Shown: positions 25,567 through 40,200 of the stretch, piece after piece | Layout of the letters: each line of letters opens with the position of its first letter | Numbering within the stretch: the stretch's first letter is position 1 | From: Girardia tigrina | Taxonomy: Eukaryota | Assembly: GCA_001938485.1 (NCBI GenBank) | Contig: MQRK01248235.1 | Coordinates: forward strand, 69,287-121,398 | Length of the DNA stretch: 52,112 bases | Reading direction: 5' to 3' | The notes under the pieces: generated by a model | What the model saw: the letters and a program-made list of their open reading frames with translations, nothing else | Databases searched by the model: none | What the model was told of the DNA's origin: nothing | Made by a program: the position numbers and the translations under genes

Positions 25567-28344
25567 TGTTTGTGTATCAGTTTTATCATTGTGTGGAAGA
25601 TAATTCAAGTTGCCATTAATAATTCAACCCAAAAATGAATTAAATTCTAAAATTGTATCACGATCTCATAAAATATGTTCAAAATATGTTCAGCAATAAA
25701 TCTATTATAGATTTAACAATTTGTTCTGATATTGTTTATGAATATCAATTATTAATCAGTGACCTGAAGATGACGATTGATTCGTCGAAGTATATTGTCT
25801 CTAAATATATTTTTTAATACATGAATTTTGTTTTTATTAAAAAATAATATTAAGAAATAATCTTCTCATTTTTGTGTTTTAATTAACTTAATTTTTTAAT
25901 TATTTAAACAGATCAATTGATAAAAAATGTCTAAATAACATTAGTTGACGTTCATTATCTCATGTGGAGATACGTTAGTTTTGTGGTTATTTGTTAAATG
26001 ATTTTATGAATTCCTAAATAAATCTCAAAATTGTTGTAGAGATGTAATAATAAAAATGATTATGAAAATTAAAAAATAAGCAATTGTAATTAATAATATT
26101 ATCCACAATACCAAAGGTTCTCATATACTGTAGAGAAAACCATTGATATAAAAAGATATTAAGATATGATTTACAGGATTTCTGCTAAAAAATTCTTAAT
26201 TCAATTTACTTAAAATTACTTTTATAAAAATTGTAAAACAAAAGTCATTCATGAAATATATTTTGATCAAATATTTATTTACAAAAAATATGATGGTGCT
26301 ATAAAAATATTTAAAACATTTAAATCGTGTTTAAGAGGCATTCTGTATAACACATTACATACGGTCCGCCCAAATAATCATTAAATATAATTTATAACAT
26401 TATTTAATTACTAATAGTTATTATTACAACTGTCATAAAATATTTTTTTATTTTAATTATCATTATTTTAACAGAATTTTTATAGGAAAATCAAAATTTT
26501 TAAATCAAATTAGAAGCTTTCAAATAACAATTTATGTTACAAATGATTTTTGTCAAAAACTACATTGAGTCTTAAAAATTTACGAATGTCTAATAAAAGT
26601 TAAAATTAAATGAATTCAAAATCAAAATTGACAAAAAATGTTTATTTCATACGGTCATCTTTCGTTGAAGATTATTTTTGTTGCATTATTCAAATTCAGT
26701 CCTTTCAAATACTTATCCTTCAAATAACATTGCGAATTAACATTTAAACCGTCGTATTTTAATTTAATTAAAAAATATCAGAAAATATAATTTTTTATAA
26801 ATTTAAATTTGTAAGCTGCAATGAAGATATTAATTGTTAAGGTTTAGTAAAATAAATTAAATTAATTTAAATACAATTTCATAATAACAAAAAATAAATA
26901 TATAAATAATATTGTCTCAAATTCAAATCTAAAAAAAATATTTATATGATTATATAATAAAAAAATAAGTAAATAAAATAAAAATTATTTAAACAAAAAT
27001 TTTGGTTTTCAATTTTTTAATTTATACTTACCATTTGATTTTTGGTTTGCTTTATTGGAACCGTATTCAATGGACGATTTAGATAGATATTCACTAGAAG
27101 AACTGGAAGATGATGACTTTCTTCCAGAAGTGATATGTCGGTTTGTCTTTGAGCAGCAAGTTGAACACCTCGATTTACTTGAATCATCATAACGAGAATA
27201 TCTCGTATATGGAGAATATTTAGAAGAACTCTTTGTGTAAGATCTACGTTGAAGTCGAGAATTATGATCGTATTTAGATCTTCTACGAGAACGTGACCTT
27301 GTTCTATGATCAGACTGACTAGAAAATGATTCTGATCTAGAACTTTGTGAACTATACTGTATTTCTTTCTAAAAAATAAAAGTATGTTTTTTTAATAAAA
27401 TATATTTTTAGACTGTATAAATGATATTTGAGAACGAAATAATATTATAGAAACAATAATTATAATAAATTTACTTTTATAATCAAAATATAAAATAGAA
27501 CATGTATAAATTATTTAACTGGTTTACATAATTAATTTATGTATAACTAATTTTAAACAATTCTTAAGACAGGCTTAATTGAACAATATTTATATACATT
27601 TTGACAGAATTATCTTATATAAAGAGAATAATAAAAGAATTATAAAATAAACACAAATAATTGACACAGATGAAAACTGGGATTTAAGTAATACAAATTA
27701 TATCTTTTTGGAAGTTTTATTTAAATTGGATATATGCAACACTTAAAGAAAGATACATTGTGTAAATATTACATTGAATATGACATTTTATCATCATTTA
27801 CTTAATTATAATTATATTTTTTTTATTAATTAATAAATTGAAAACTTTGATTTAACAAATTTCAATATTTATGAATAAATATTATATTAATCTTTTATAT
27901 TTTCATAGTTTTAGGATGTTTTTTGAGTTTATCAAAAATTAATTGCTTTTATTAGACTTTAAATAATGATATTCAATATATGCCATGTAGTTTTTCTAAA
28001 GCAAATTAGGCATTTTTATTTTTTGATTAACCCCAGAACTACCATATCCGTGATTTTAAGCGTCCTGGTGAATTTTTTTTCAAATGCAGACATCAAGAAA
28101 GTGCCTTTGTCAAAAATTATTCTGACTTCTATCGCAATAAAAACAGTGTCAAGTATACAAATTCATTTACCATTGAGAACTTTGGTTGTAAAGTCCAAAT
28201 GGACATAATTATGTATTTATAGTATCAGTAGTTCTGATGTTCAATGAAGACTTTGATGAAAGGTAAAATGAATCGCAATATTGAATTTATTAGAGAAAGA
28301 AGAACAATTCAATATCGATATTTGGACAAAATAAATTAAAAATG

Positions 28345-28394
<50 letters not shown>

Positions 28395-31258
28395 TATCGA
28401 AACATTTACTTTTGGACTTGATTGTACACGCGTCAAATATTCATCTGGTGAATGGGTCCCCAAAATGCACGACAATTGTAACGATTTACACTTTCATGTA
28501 GTGTGAAAGTTGTCACAACCCATAACATAATTTTATCCATTAAAGCTGCTTTATTTCTTTACAGATAGTTCCTGTACGACGTGGTATTGAATGGAAATAA
28601 TTTAAGACTACATGTGCAATTAAATTAATATGCAAAGAAATTTTATTTTATTTAATAATTTTTTATGCTGAATATTATCACCACTTGATAATATCTCTTC
28701 AATTACTATTTTTGTTTCTTTATCACTACTCAATCGTTGACTTCTTAACTATTCTTTTACAATTCATGTTTCTTTCAATTTTTAAAGGTATTTAAAAAGG
28801 TACAGTATGAAGTGATGAAATTATGTTCAAAATATTGTTTAGTAAATCATAACTTTTAAAATAATCATATTAATATGTAAATGACGGCAACTTATAAAAT
28901 TTTATGATTCTAAAAATAAAGTACAAACACAATCTTCTTCAACTTGATTGAGAGAATTTTTAAGCACACATTATATTATGATTATATATGGTTAACTTTG
29001 GTAAATAAAATAAATCAGTCGATATTGATAACAATTAAATTTAATAAGTGATATTTCACTTCAAAATAATTGAAACAAGATCAAAGACATGGATCATTTT
29101 GATTATTATGCGGACATAAAATACCTTCATTATTTCAAATATCATGATCGGAGTTTTTTAAGCCATTTGAGGGTACAATGTACACCCAACTTTTGTAGAT
29201 GTACACCCAAAAATTTGGCTATTTATAGGTAAAGCATGGGTTCATTAAAAAATACACACACTGCTACTTCACCCACTGTCTCTCCCTCTCGACAATACAC
29301 GCTCCTACACAAGGTCATTTATAATTATATAATTCTTTAATAAGTATAAGACATTCTTATGTTCTTAACCCTTAAATCCAGTATGAATGTGTGATGTAAC
29401 AATTTTTGAGTAAAAATAAATATGTTATACTGTACACCCACATTTACTTATGTTACACCCAGCTGGAAACCCTGATCATGATCATCGAAAAGGTATTTAT
29501 GTATATAAAATTCATTTTTGTAAATTTTCATAATTTAAATGCAATTTTATTTTATAAAGTGTGAAGCACTCATTTCTTCTTCAAAGTTGATTTAGAAGCA
29601 TTTTTTCAATGCAAAAAAAGTTATATTTTTATGGATAAATAATATAAAATTAAAAAACATATTTTGATATAATATATTTATTAAAAAGTTGCTTTGAAAA
29701 TGTATCGAAACAAACATGATATTCAATTTGAAAAGCATAAATAGACAAAAAATAAATTAAGTATATAAATTGTTTTAATAGAAATTCATGACTAAACATG
29801 ACCGAAAAACGTGGTGATACAATATGTGATCAACGTTTCTACAATAATTGTAAGGCTACGAAGTCTAGGAGTCCTCCATTATAAAGGAATTTTAAAACTT
29901 AAAAGTTTAAAATAATTTCATTGACACCTTTTTCAAAATTAATTTTTAAATTAAATTTGAAAATGTTTTAATTTGGAAAAAATAAAGGCTACGACTTATT
30001 TTAAAGAAATTTATTTAAGATGATATTAAAATATTTTTTGATAAATATTAAACATTTTTAAATATTTTAGTTTAATTGATTTATTTCCTCTCTATTTTAC
30101 ATATTTTGTCGAATGATCTCTAGTTTAACTTTCAAATGTAAATTATATTTTAAATAAATATATTTTTATTTAAAATTTATGAATAAATAATGAGCTTTTA
30201 AAAGATATATTATTCTTGGAAAATAATATAAAATTTTAATGTTTTGGCAATGATTTTATATTTAAAATAAATTTAGTTAAATAAAATTTATTAATAAAAT
30301 CCGTAGTAACATACGAGTAAACGCATATTGTATGGTTAATTACGATGGACAACAATAATATAACATAAAAATATATTACAGGAAACTCTAAAATATAAAA
30401 ATGTAATATAAAAATAATAAACTCCTATTTAATAAATCTAATCTGCTCATGACAGATTATTTTTCAATTGCAAACTTCAAATTTATTATCTAAAATTATA
30501 TGATTTCTATACTCCTTTCCCGGGCAGTAATTATTTGCCCCCCTGTAAAATCCTCCTGTTGTTTGGCCTATTTTTAAAGAACAATAACGAAAAAAATGAT
30601 TGACTTTTCAGATTTTTCGAAATTTTCTTCTAATCCGTTTGTTTGAAATGAATGATCCACGAAGTCGGTCAGTTTTGACTTCCAACTGTCAATTTACTTT
30701 TGGCATTTGTACCATTTAATTTTTCGAACAATTTCAAAATCACTCGTTTTCCTCAGTCTGAGATGAAGGAAAGTCGACGAATATCTTCATTTTTTGTAAT
30801 TTGACGATTGATTGGTGAGAAATTGGATTTCACAAAATATAGAGAATAAAGATTATTAAGTCTTTTTGTATAATATAAATAAAATTAAGTGACTTTTTCA
30901 AATTATTTTAGATTTGCTTGATATTTTCCCGAAATATTTGTCAAAAAATCCTTATTCTCTCTAAATGTAGATCTAACTGAAAGAATCATTGACCAATCCC
31001 AATTATCATTTGAATTGTTCTTTGAATAGTTTAAAACAATTGAATCTTCATATCGTTTGAACCCAGCTGGCCCTAGAAAAGGAAGTCAGAGTGTACACGA
31101 ATCACATCACTACATTCACCATTTTTGGAGTACTTTTGAGAAATAGACAAACAAATATATGTATTTTAATTATATTATATTTAATAAATTAATATTCGAT
31201 TAAATTACAGGAAAACGTATATCATACGTTTTTAAATATTAATAAAGGAAATAATTAC

Positions 31259-31292
<34 letters not shown>

Positions 31293-34200
31293 ACGTATAT
31301 TATCTTTTAATATATTAATAATAAATATTAATAACATTTTAACAATATTAATTAATAATAAATAACAAAATATTAGTTCATATTGATACGTATACTCTAA
31401 TATTTTATTAACATTGTTACTTATATTCTTATAATTATTACTAATATTATATTTATTTCTTTAATTATAAATTTATCCGTTGCTATCTCACAAATAAATC
31501 GTATTTTTATAATCTTTTACGAATAAAAAATATAAAAAGGTCAATGCAAAATTAGAATAAAGTAAATAACCGAAATACCTGTAAATTTATTCATTTTCTG
31601 AAAAATTCAATAATTCCAAAATTGAGTAAAATGTTTTAGAAATTATAAAACATAAAAAAATATTATATTATATATTATAGGCCAATACAATAATCTAATT
31701 TAAAATTTAATTTGTAATAAAAAAGAATATTTTAATTAAATCTAATATATGATTTCATATGATACAGGACAACAAGTGTAATCATTGAGATTACACCAAA
31801 AACGATGGTAAAAGACATTTATTACTAGGGAAAAATATCTGAGACTCTTAGAAATCTCATCTCTTCAATATAATTAGCAAAATATAAGCAAAATATATTT
31901 ATTATATTAAATGACTCTATAACTTATTTAATAAATGGTTGGACCATTAAGTACTCAGACTGAATGTGAAATACGTCATAGAGATGACATTTTTCTACAA
32001 CAAAAAACGATCTCACATACGTTTACTTTTCATTGTAAGAACCGTTTTTTTATATTCTTTTTTTGAAACTTGAGTAATATTTCGCAATGAAATGACGTCA
32101 GCTCTCACTTCCTCGGGCGAATAAATTAGTTTTCCCAAATCGCCTACTTTACGTGTTGGAATAATAAGAAGTCCCTAAGCGTCAGGTTTGAGCTGTACGG
32201 AGGATAAGGGTCAATGCGGAAACTTACAATCCTAATAGACGCGTATAGGTAGAGGGCACAAATGGTGCGTTGCCATTAAGCAGCCATTGGGAAACATCAT
32301 GTTTTTTACAGTACTAATGTTGAATAGAATTTATTCTCATTATTCTTGCAACAAATCAAGATTTTCTTGAGAATGCTTAAAACAGAGATGCCACTGCCTT
32401 CTGTCAAAAACGTGTCAAAACCATGAAAACCAGCTTTCTTATACCAAAGGATTTCAACTCTTCGTAATTAATTATTTTTGACATTCAGACTGCCTCTAAA
32501 TACCTTCAGGCGATCCTTCTCTTTTTTATGATTTAGTTGCAACGTTTCTTTAAACTGCTTTGATCAAAAAGTTAATCTTTTCACGTTTAAACTCAGCAAA
32601 ATAGTCGAAGACTGTCATTTTGAGGAACAATTTACACCGAAAGTAACCTTTTATTCTTCTATGATTTCCTGGCTCTATCTCTTTCGAAGGACAAGAAATC
32701 CAAAACCATCACTGTACGGATTTGGATTCATTTGATAAAATGTAGAAATGTTGATTTTCTGCTTGTTAAAAAAGTACAAAATGACACATTTAAACAATTT
32801 AGATTTTCAGGGCCAATTCAGTTCTAATTTAACCATAAAAAATATTTTGTATATTTCTTGTATATTTTGGGTACTCGATTGTGCAACACCGTCGATTTGA
32901 AGAATTTTGTCATGACAATAAGAATAAAGAATTTGAAATCCAAATTTTAGTCAATTAAATTATCTACTGAAATGACAGCAACATTGGTTGCAATCTAGCA
33001 TCTTTTGTAACCGTTTAACCTTCATCTTGTATAGTTCAGGATTTATGTGGTCTGGGTTATGTACAGTCTGAAACCGAGAGAGTATTGTATTTTTTGTTTA
33101 GTTTTTTTTATATTTTTTAATATTTTCTCTCAAGATCTTCGTTTATTGACAAAAGAAATATGACATGAGACTGATTTGAAAGTTAGAACTGATTGATCAA
33201 ATTACTGGTTCATTATTTATTTTGCTTTATTAACACTTTGTGACAGATTCATTAAAAACTTATTATACGAAGGATAAAAGCAATATCGTCTAGCTCAATC
33301 GACCTTGTAAATGATCGACATCGACCTAATATAAATTTCCTGTAATTTATTCTTCATGTTGTTGCTTAAATACAAAATGGTAAGATTTACATAATGAATC
33401 AACTAATACAATTGGAAAGTCATTATATCATTTTTCAATTATTAATACTTAAATAACAGTAGAATTAGTATTATTTTAAAATAAATAATACTAGTCTTAT
33501 TTAGTGCTAAATATTTAAATTGCAATGTGAAATGATGGAATTTCAATGTCTCATCCCATGACCTAATATAATTTTGACAAAAAATAAGAATCCTTGAAGG
33601 TATTTATAATCTTTTATATATGAAATTCACTTCCCATCGTGTGATAAAGTTTACAAAATACATAAACATTTTTAGATATAAATAAGCTTTGCGATATTCA
33701 TAATTTAAAAATTTAATAATAATTTGCTGCTTTCAGAATAATTCTTTTTTGAATCCTCGTCAATGTAGTCAAATTATTACTTTCAATATCTTAATTTTAC
33801 AACTGGAACCTTGTATTGACATTAAGACTTAATCAAATAATTTTAATTTTTAAATTTATATTAACAAAAATTAATTTTATCACCAAAGAAGCAAATCACT
33901 TTTCGAAAAAATATCAGTAAGATATATCATCAATTATTAAACGTGATCTTTTTTACAACTGACCATTGTAAAAGGGCTTCTATATTAACTTTCATATTAA
34001 TTCATTCAGGCTCGAAACTAATTTTGTTAAATGTTGATTTGATTTATCCTAGTAATCGTTCTCCGATGTATCTCAAAACTCTAAGCTACAATGGCATTAA
34101 TTATCTTCTAAGACTAAATCGAAAAACTATATCGAATATAGGATATAGAAGAAATGGCGAAAAATAATGGTTAATTTTTTAGAGTAAAAAAAATATACAA

Positions 34201-37200
34201 TTCATAAGAAATGATACAAAACCTAACTGAAATGATTCTACATTCCTATACTTTTATTGACTTCCTACAGTTTTAATCTTTGTCAGGAACTGGTTACATT
34301 GATAAGGAAAATCATCGATAATTTTTGTAAGATGAAAATAGAAAACGACGTTTAGATTATATAAATATTGTAAGGAATATTTTGAATTTTGTATGTTGAG
34401 TTTAGTGTTTGGAAATGTGTTTCTCCTACCCAGATGGAAAGTCTGTATTGCGGATGTTCGTGATGAATAGTTTGCATTTTAAATTATAGCATAAGATATT
34501 AAAAAATATAAAATATTAAATCGCTTAAAATTTGAATATTAAAAATTTTAAAGTAAATAAAAGTTTAAACTTCTCTTTAAATTGAATAATAAATGTTTTT
34601 CTTTAAATAAAATCATTTTTAAAATTAAATTAATTTTTAGATAAAATTATTTAACGAAATTATAAAATTAGAATTTTCAAAATAAAATCTGAAAATCATT
34701 AAAGATAAAAATTTATTAACAAAAATTAATCAATTAAGCGAGATGTCAAATTATGAAAGCTTGACTGAGAATTGTCCCAAAGACAATTCAAACTATTTTT
34801 AAAATAAATGTATAAAAACCCATATTGATGTTCTCAATAATGATAATAATAAGAATATTATTATTATTCTGAAAATAATTTTTCATGTCTAACATGGATA
34901 ATGTTATAATCTGACAACAGATTGTGTTTAGTATGTAAGCTCTTTGATGAAGTTATGAATGATAGTTTTTTTTATTATCATCTCTTTCGATAACTGTATA
35001 ATCTCAAGTTGTGTGATTTGTTATTTGTATTGCTTTTATAAATTTACTCCTTTTTTTAGATGTTTGTCGGATTGTTGAGATCAGTTTGGGGAATACTTAT
35101 TATTTTTTATATTTATTTTTTTAGCTTTATTATCTACCTTTGTGATATTTGTCAGTTTTTTTAGTTATTGCCTGCATTTTATATGTATAACGATTCAAAT
35201 AGCCCATAGTAATATGGGATATTTGAATTTGGATTTTTTAAAAAAATCATTATTCAATAATTAATTATACATTCGTTGGTATTTTGATGGGATTCGGAAT
35301 ATTTCATTTTTATCCAATTAACGACTCTTTTTACTAACAATTGGACGAAATTCGTATATATTTGTCGGCCATTGATAGCAGACGAAATTCGTATTTATTC
35401 GACGACCATTAACGACGCCAATATAAAGCCGAATACATCTAAGAATTACTAAAAAAATTTAAGACCAGTTTCAATCAAGATTAATTTTTCTCTAATACAA
35501 AGGACATGCATATTTATTCCCATTCCAGTTATAATTATCTAACATTTAGTGGGTAAAAGTTTACAGTTGAATTAAAATTCACGTTATTGCTTGTTTGTTA
35601 ATATTTTTTTCTTTACCAAATCTCGACTAAACAGGTTCATCAAATAATACTCGTTTTTTGGTTAACCTGGTTAGTTTCACAGAATAATTAAAAATAACAG
35701 ATTTGCGTTATTAAGAGTTGAGAAACAAATTTGTTATTTTTACAGATAAAATGACAATTAATCATACCTTTATTACATTTAATTCTATATAATCTAATAT
35801 ATTTACTAATAATAAAAATCAAGTATCGAAATTCAAGTGCTATTAAATAGCTATTGTTATTAAATGTTAAAAAAATACTTGATTTTATATAAACAGTTTC
35901 GATTCTTAGTCGTTTCCCTAAAAAGTTCCTAATACAACTTTGGTCAAAAAATTTTAAAGTAAATATTTACGCATTTTGTCGTAATCCAAGAAGACTTTTT
36001 AATATGGAACAATGTCACCCTTGGTAAAATACTAATGATAAATATTTTTTGTTAAAGTTTATTAATAAATCGAATACATTAATATATTTAAACATTTGGT
36101 TAAATTTGTATGTCTTATTTTCTTTACAATCGTTCTAATGTGCCAACATTTTATAAATGAATGTACTATAAATTTAAAAAAAATTGTTTGGCTAACTTAT
36201 ATTTTGAAAAAAAATATATTTAGAATAAAAAACAATTTTAACCGATTAGATTCATTATTTGGATATATGATCGTTCATTTTGTACATTTTATTGGTATTT
36301 TATATTATATAACTTAAAATTTAAACTATCTGTCGCCATATATTTTGTTATCTTCAGTTGTTTGAGTTCGACTTTTATTCCCATAAAATTATTTTGTTTC
36401 ATAGGTTTCCGTATTTTTCATGTGATCATTTTCCTTGCTATTTTGCCTTCTTTCGGTAAAGTGCAAATATCCATTTGAAGGAACTTTTCCTGCTCTTCAA
36501 TCAAATCACCACCATTTTTCAAACAAACTTAATTTTCTTTGATTATAGCAACACAAATGGAAATTCGTAGTTATAAAAATCTTCATTTTCAACACTTGCT
36601 TTACTTCGCCTTTCGTCATTGTCATTATAAAGAACACTAATATGTTAATCGTAAATTTCCATAAACAAATGATAACTTTCCTCTTCTATTTCCTTTTTGC
36701 TAAAATAATGATTTAAAAATAAACACATACTGCTTAAACTAGAAATCAAAACACAAAAAAATATTAATTATAAAGTTCACCCCCAGACGTTTCAAACATA
36801 ATAATTTTTACGCACAAGTGGCATTAATAATGACAATATGACTGAATCATGTTTACACAACCAATATATATGAGCCGTTTATTTGGAAAGTGGCCTAACT
36901 ATTTAAATAATTACATTTTTATGTATTCTTTACATTTTGCAGCAAATTGTACAAAATTTGTTTAAAATCATTAAGATTTTTTATAACAAATATCAGTTGA
37001 TTGACGCAAACCCCTCCTACATATCTCGACTTTAACATAAATGGAATTAGGCCACTTTTAAAAGAAGCGGCTCATATATCATACAAAAATATTTTTTGTT
37101 AAATATGACAATAAAAAGATTAATAATTAAGAATAGATATAATTTAAATAAAATAACTAAACTGAACAGAATTATTTAATTAATTCTGAGTTAGAGTTAC

Positions 37201-40200
37201 AAAGTGATTAAATAATAGCTTATAAAAAAGTATATATTTTGTTAGAATATTAGTATAAATTTACTTATACAAAAATTAAAACAATTACCTTTTCAATAGA
37301 TTTTTCTGAACAAATTCAATGTTAAATAAAATATAAATAACAACAAAATAATACTTTGAACAATTATTTCATTATTAATATGTTTACTCTCAGATGGACC
37401 TAATCTCGGAAAACTTCGAATCTAAAATATTTCCCCGTAAATATCATCATTAACTTATATACAGAATACTTTGTCATTTGAAAGTCTTTTACTTTCACTT
37501 CTAATATTTTTATTTGAATCCATTGACTCAAGTAATTCCTTCCATAATTCCGATGTAAAAATACGGGCATTTTTATAAGAAAGAAAACCGGACAAATTAG
37601 TCTGTATTTCTCGTGGGTCTGGATACTATGAATTGCATTAAAAATATTTTTAGAAAATATACGAAAATGATTTTATTTAGAAGTGATTGATTTTTTATAC
37701 CAATCATATCATTATTTTAAAGATTTTTACTTATTTTACACATAAAAAACATATTACCATTAATGGAATGACCAGCGAATAGTGTCCTAAACAATACACA
37801 TAAACATAAGGGTTCTTAGCCTTTGAAAATTACTTGTCTGTTTGTCGAAAATTTAAAAATTCAAAAAAACATATTTGACAACCTATTAGACTAAGAATGT
37901 CTTTAAGATAAAAAATATTTACCTAAGAAGACGTTCATACTACAGTGCGTTCAGAAAGTCACTGTGCACCTTTAATTGTCTGGTTTATTTTTAGATAATC
38001 AGCGTTGTAGCAGACTTTTTAAATGCAAATTTCTATGAAATCGAACTATGAAATAGATTCGTGAACAAAAAACATACCTAAACACTTTGACCTTGACACT
38101 GAGCGTTTTACATTTTTTTAAAAAAAAATATCATTTTGATATTCAATCTAATCATTGACGAAAGTCAATTTATTGCGAAGTTAATTCCAATTGAAAATGG
38201 TTTTGTCAACGGAGGAGAGAATATTTTTGATTGAACATGTCTTTCGTGCGAATGATGAATACACAGAAGCAGTGAAGGAAAAATTTGCCGAAAAGTTTCC
38301 CGCAACAGCAATACTTCATCGAAATGCAGTTCGAGCGTTAGTGAACAAGTTCAGAGAAACTAGATCCGTTCATGATTCCTCCCGCTCAGGTCGACCAACG
38401 ATTTTAACGGAGCAAAAAGTCAAAGTTATTTCGAAAACCATGAGCCAGAGTCCAACAAAGTCAATGCGCCGTTTATCTCAAGAAGTGAGTGTATCCGTTG
38501 GAACTGTACATGCCGCCGTGAGGAAAACGTTAAGCTTATATCCATATCGTGTTACTTGTCAACATGAGTTGAAAGACACAGACTTTGAAAAGCGACTCCA
38601 GTTTTGTCATTGGTTGAAGGAAAATCTGAATGAGGATGACATGCTCGACAAGACTTTTTTCCGATGAAGCGTGGTTTCATTTGTCTAGATATGTGAGTAG
38701 CCAAAATTCTCGAGTTTGGTACAGTGAAAATCCGCATGAATTTGTTGAGAAGCCTCTGCATTCCTTGAAAGTTGGAGTATGGTATGCCATGTCCAGGAGG
38801 CGTGTAATTGGTCCCATCTTTTTTTACTGAAACCATAACATCAGAAAGGTACTGCAAGGAAATCCTTTTTGCTTTCATCGACCAGTTAACTAAAGAAGAA
38901 CGATCGACTGGCTATTTTCAGCAGGATGGTGCAACAGCNNNNNNNNNNNNNNNNNNNNNNNNNNNNNNNNNNNNNNNNNNNNNNNNNNCATCGACCAGTT
39001 AACTAAAGAAGAACGATCGACTGGCTATTTTCAGCAGGATGGTGCAACAGCACATACCGCAAACATTTCGCTTCGTTTTTTGAATGAGATCTTCCCGAAG
39101 AGAATCACTTCCAAAGGAATTTGGCCGCCAAGATCCCCAGATCTAAGTGTTTTGGACTTTTACCTGTGGGGAGCGATAAAGCAAAAGGTTTACCGAAACA
39201 AACCACAAACTTTGCAAGACCTACGTGATAAAATCCTACACCAAATTGAAGCCATCATCCAAGAGTAAATTCATCGAGTGTTCGAAAACTTGAAACGTCG
39301 AATTAACGTTTGTATTCACGAACTTGGTGGGCATTTCCAGCAGTTGTTGTGACTCTTTTCTTGTTATTTTTAATAAATTAAGAGACGGTCATTGTTCTTC
39401 ACATAAAATTGACTATGCAAAATATTTTGTTATTGATTTTTAGAACACAGGATATCGTTCTTGTTTTGAAATTGCAGGTGCACAGTTACTTTTTGAACGC
39501 ACTGTATTTAAAATCTTGTACAATTGAAAGGTCAATAAATTAAATATCCCAGCGACAAGTCATAACAGTGTAACGTTTATGTATCGGAAAACAAATATTT
39601 CTTAGATCAGATTTTATGATAGAAAACGGTGGAATAAACTTTCTTAATCTTTCCAAATTAACAAAAAACAAGAATGAATCTAGACTCAATTCATCGGATA
39701 TTTACCTTAAATTTGAAAAGATGCAAAAAGATTAAGCTATTAAATATAAAGCTTCTTTAAAAAAATGTTGTCTAAATCAGTGTTTCTTAACTTTTTTGTA
39801 TAGGGACCGTTATTATCACGGACTAGTTATTACAATTATATCGAAGATATGAAGCATTATTGGATTGTTTTGTGGTATTCTGGGTATTTCTCTACTTAAA
39901 AGACAAAATTTAGTATTTCGGCAAGTGAAAGTGCATGATTTAGATGATTCCGTGACAATTGCGTAAAGTTCATTGAGTCCATGACAATACGTAAAGACAA
40001 TTGCGTATATCATAAAAACACAAAAAAGCTAAAATTCATTGAATATTCCACCATTTGTTGTATTATTATAACATCAATTTACACATTTTATGATGCACAT
40101 ACAGTTTTGGCCATGGCATTAGAAATTTTACAAATTAAATGATATTAAAACCATTATGTATAATAAAATTATGTATATAATAAATGAAATTTAATAAATA

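Noticed and set aside
30500-30570. GFYRG motif resembling the SRRM1 N-terminus
   Set aside because: It lies downstream of the PWI exons and is followed by stops; treated as coincidence.
31940-32900. Possible transposase relic on the minus strand
   Set aside because: Too decayed to assign to a family with confidence.
38878-39049. Tandem duplications flanking ~50-N gaps (also 3501-3700 and 16195-16305)
   Set aside because: Identical sequence on both sides of placeholder gaps indicates unmerged contig overlaps.
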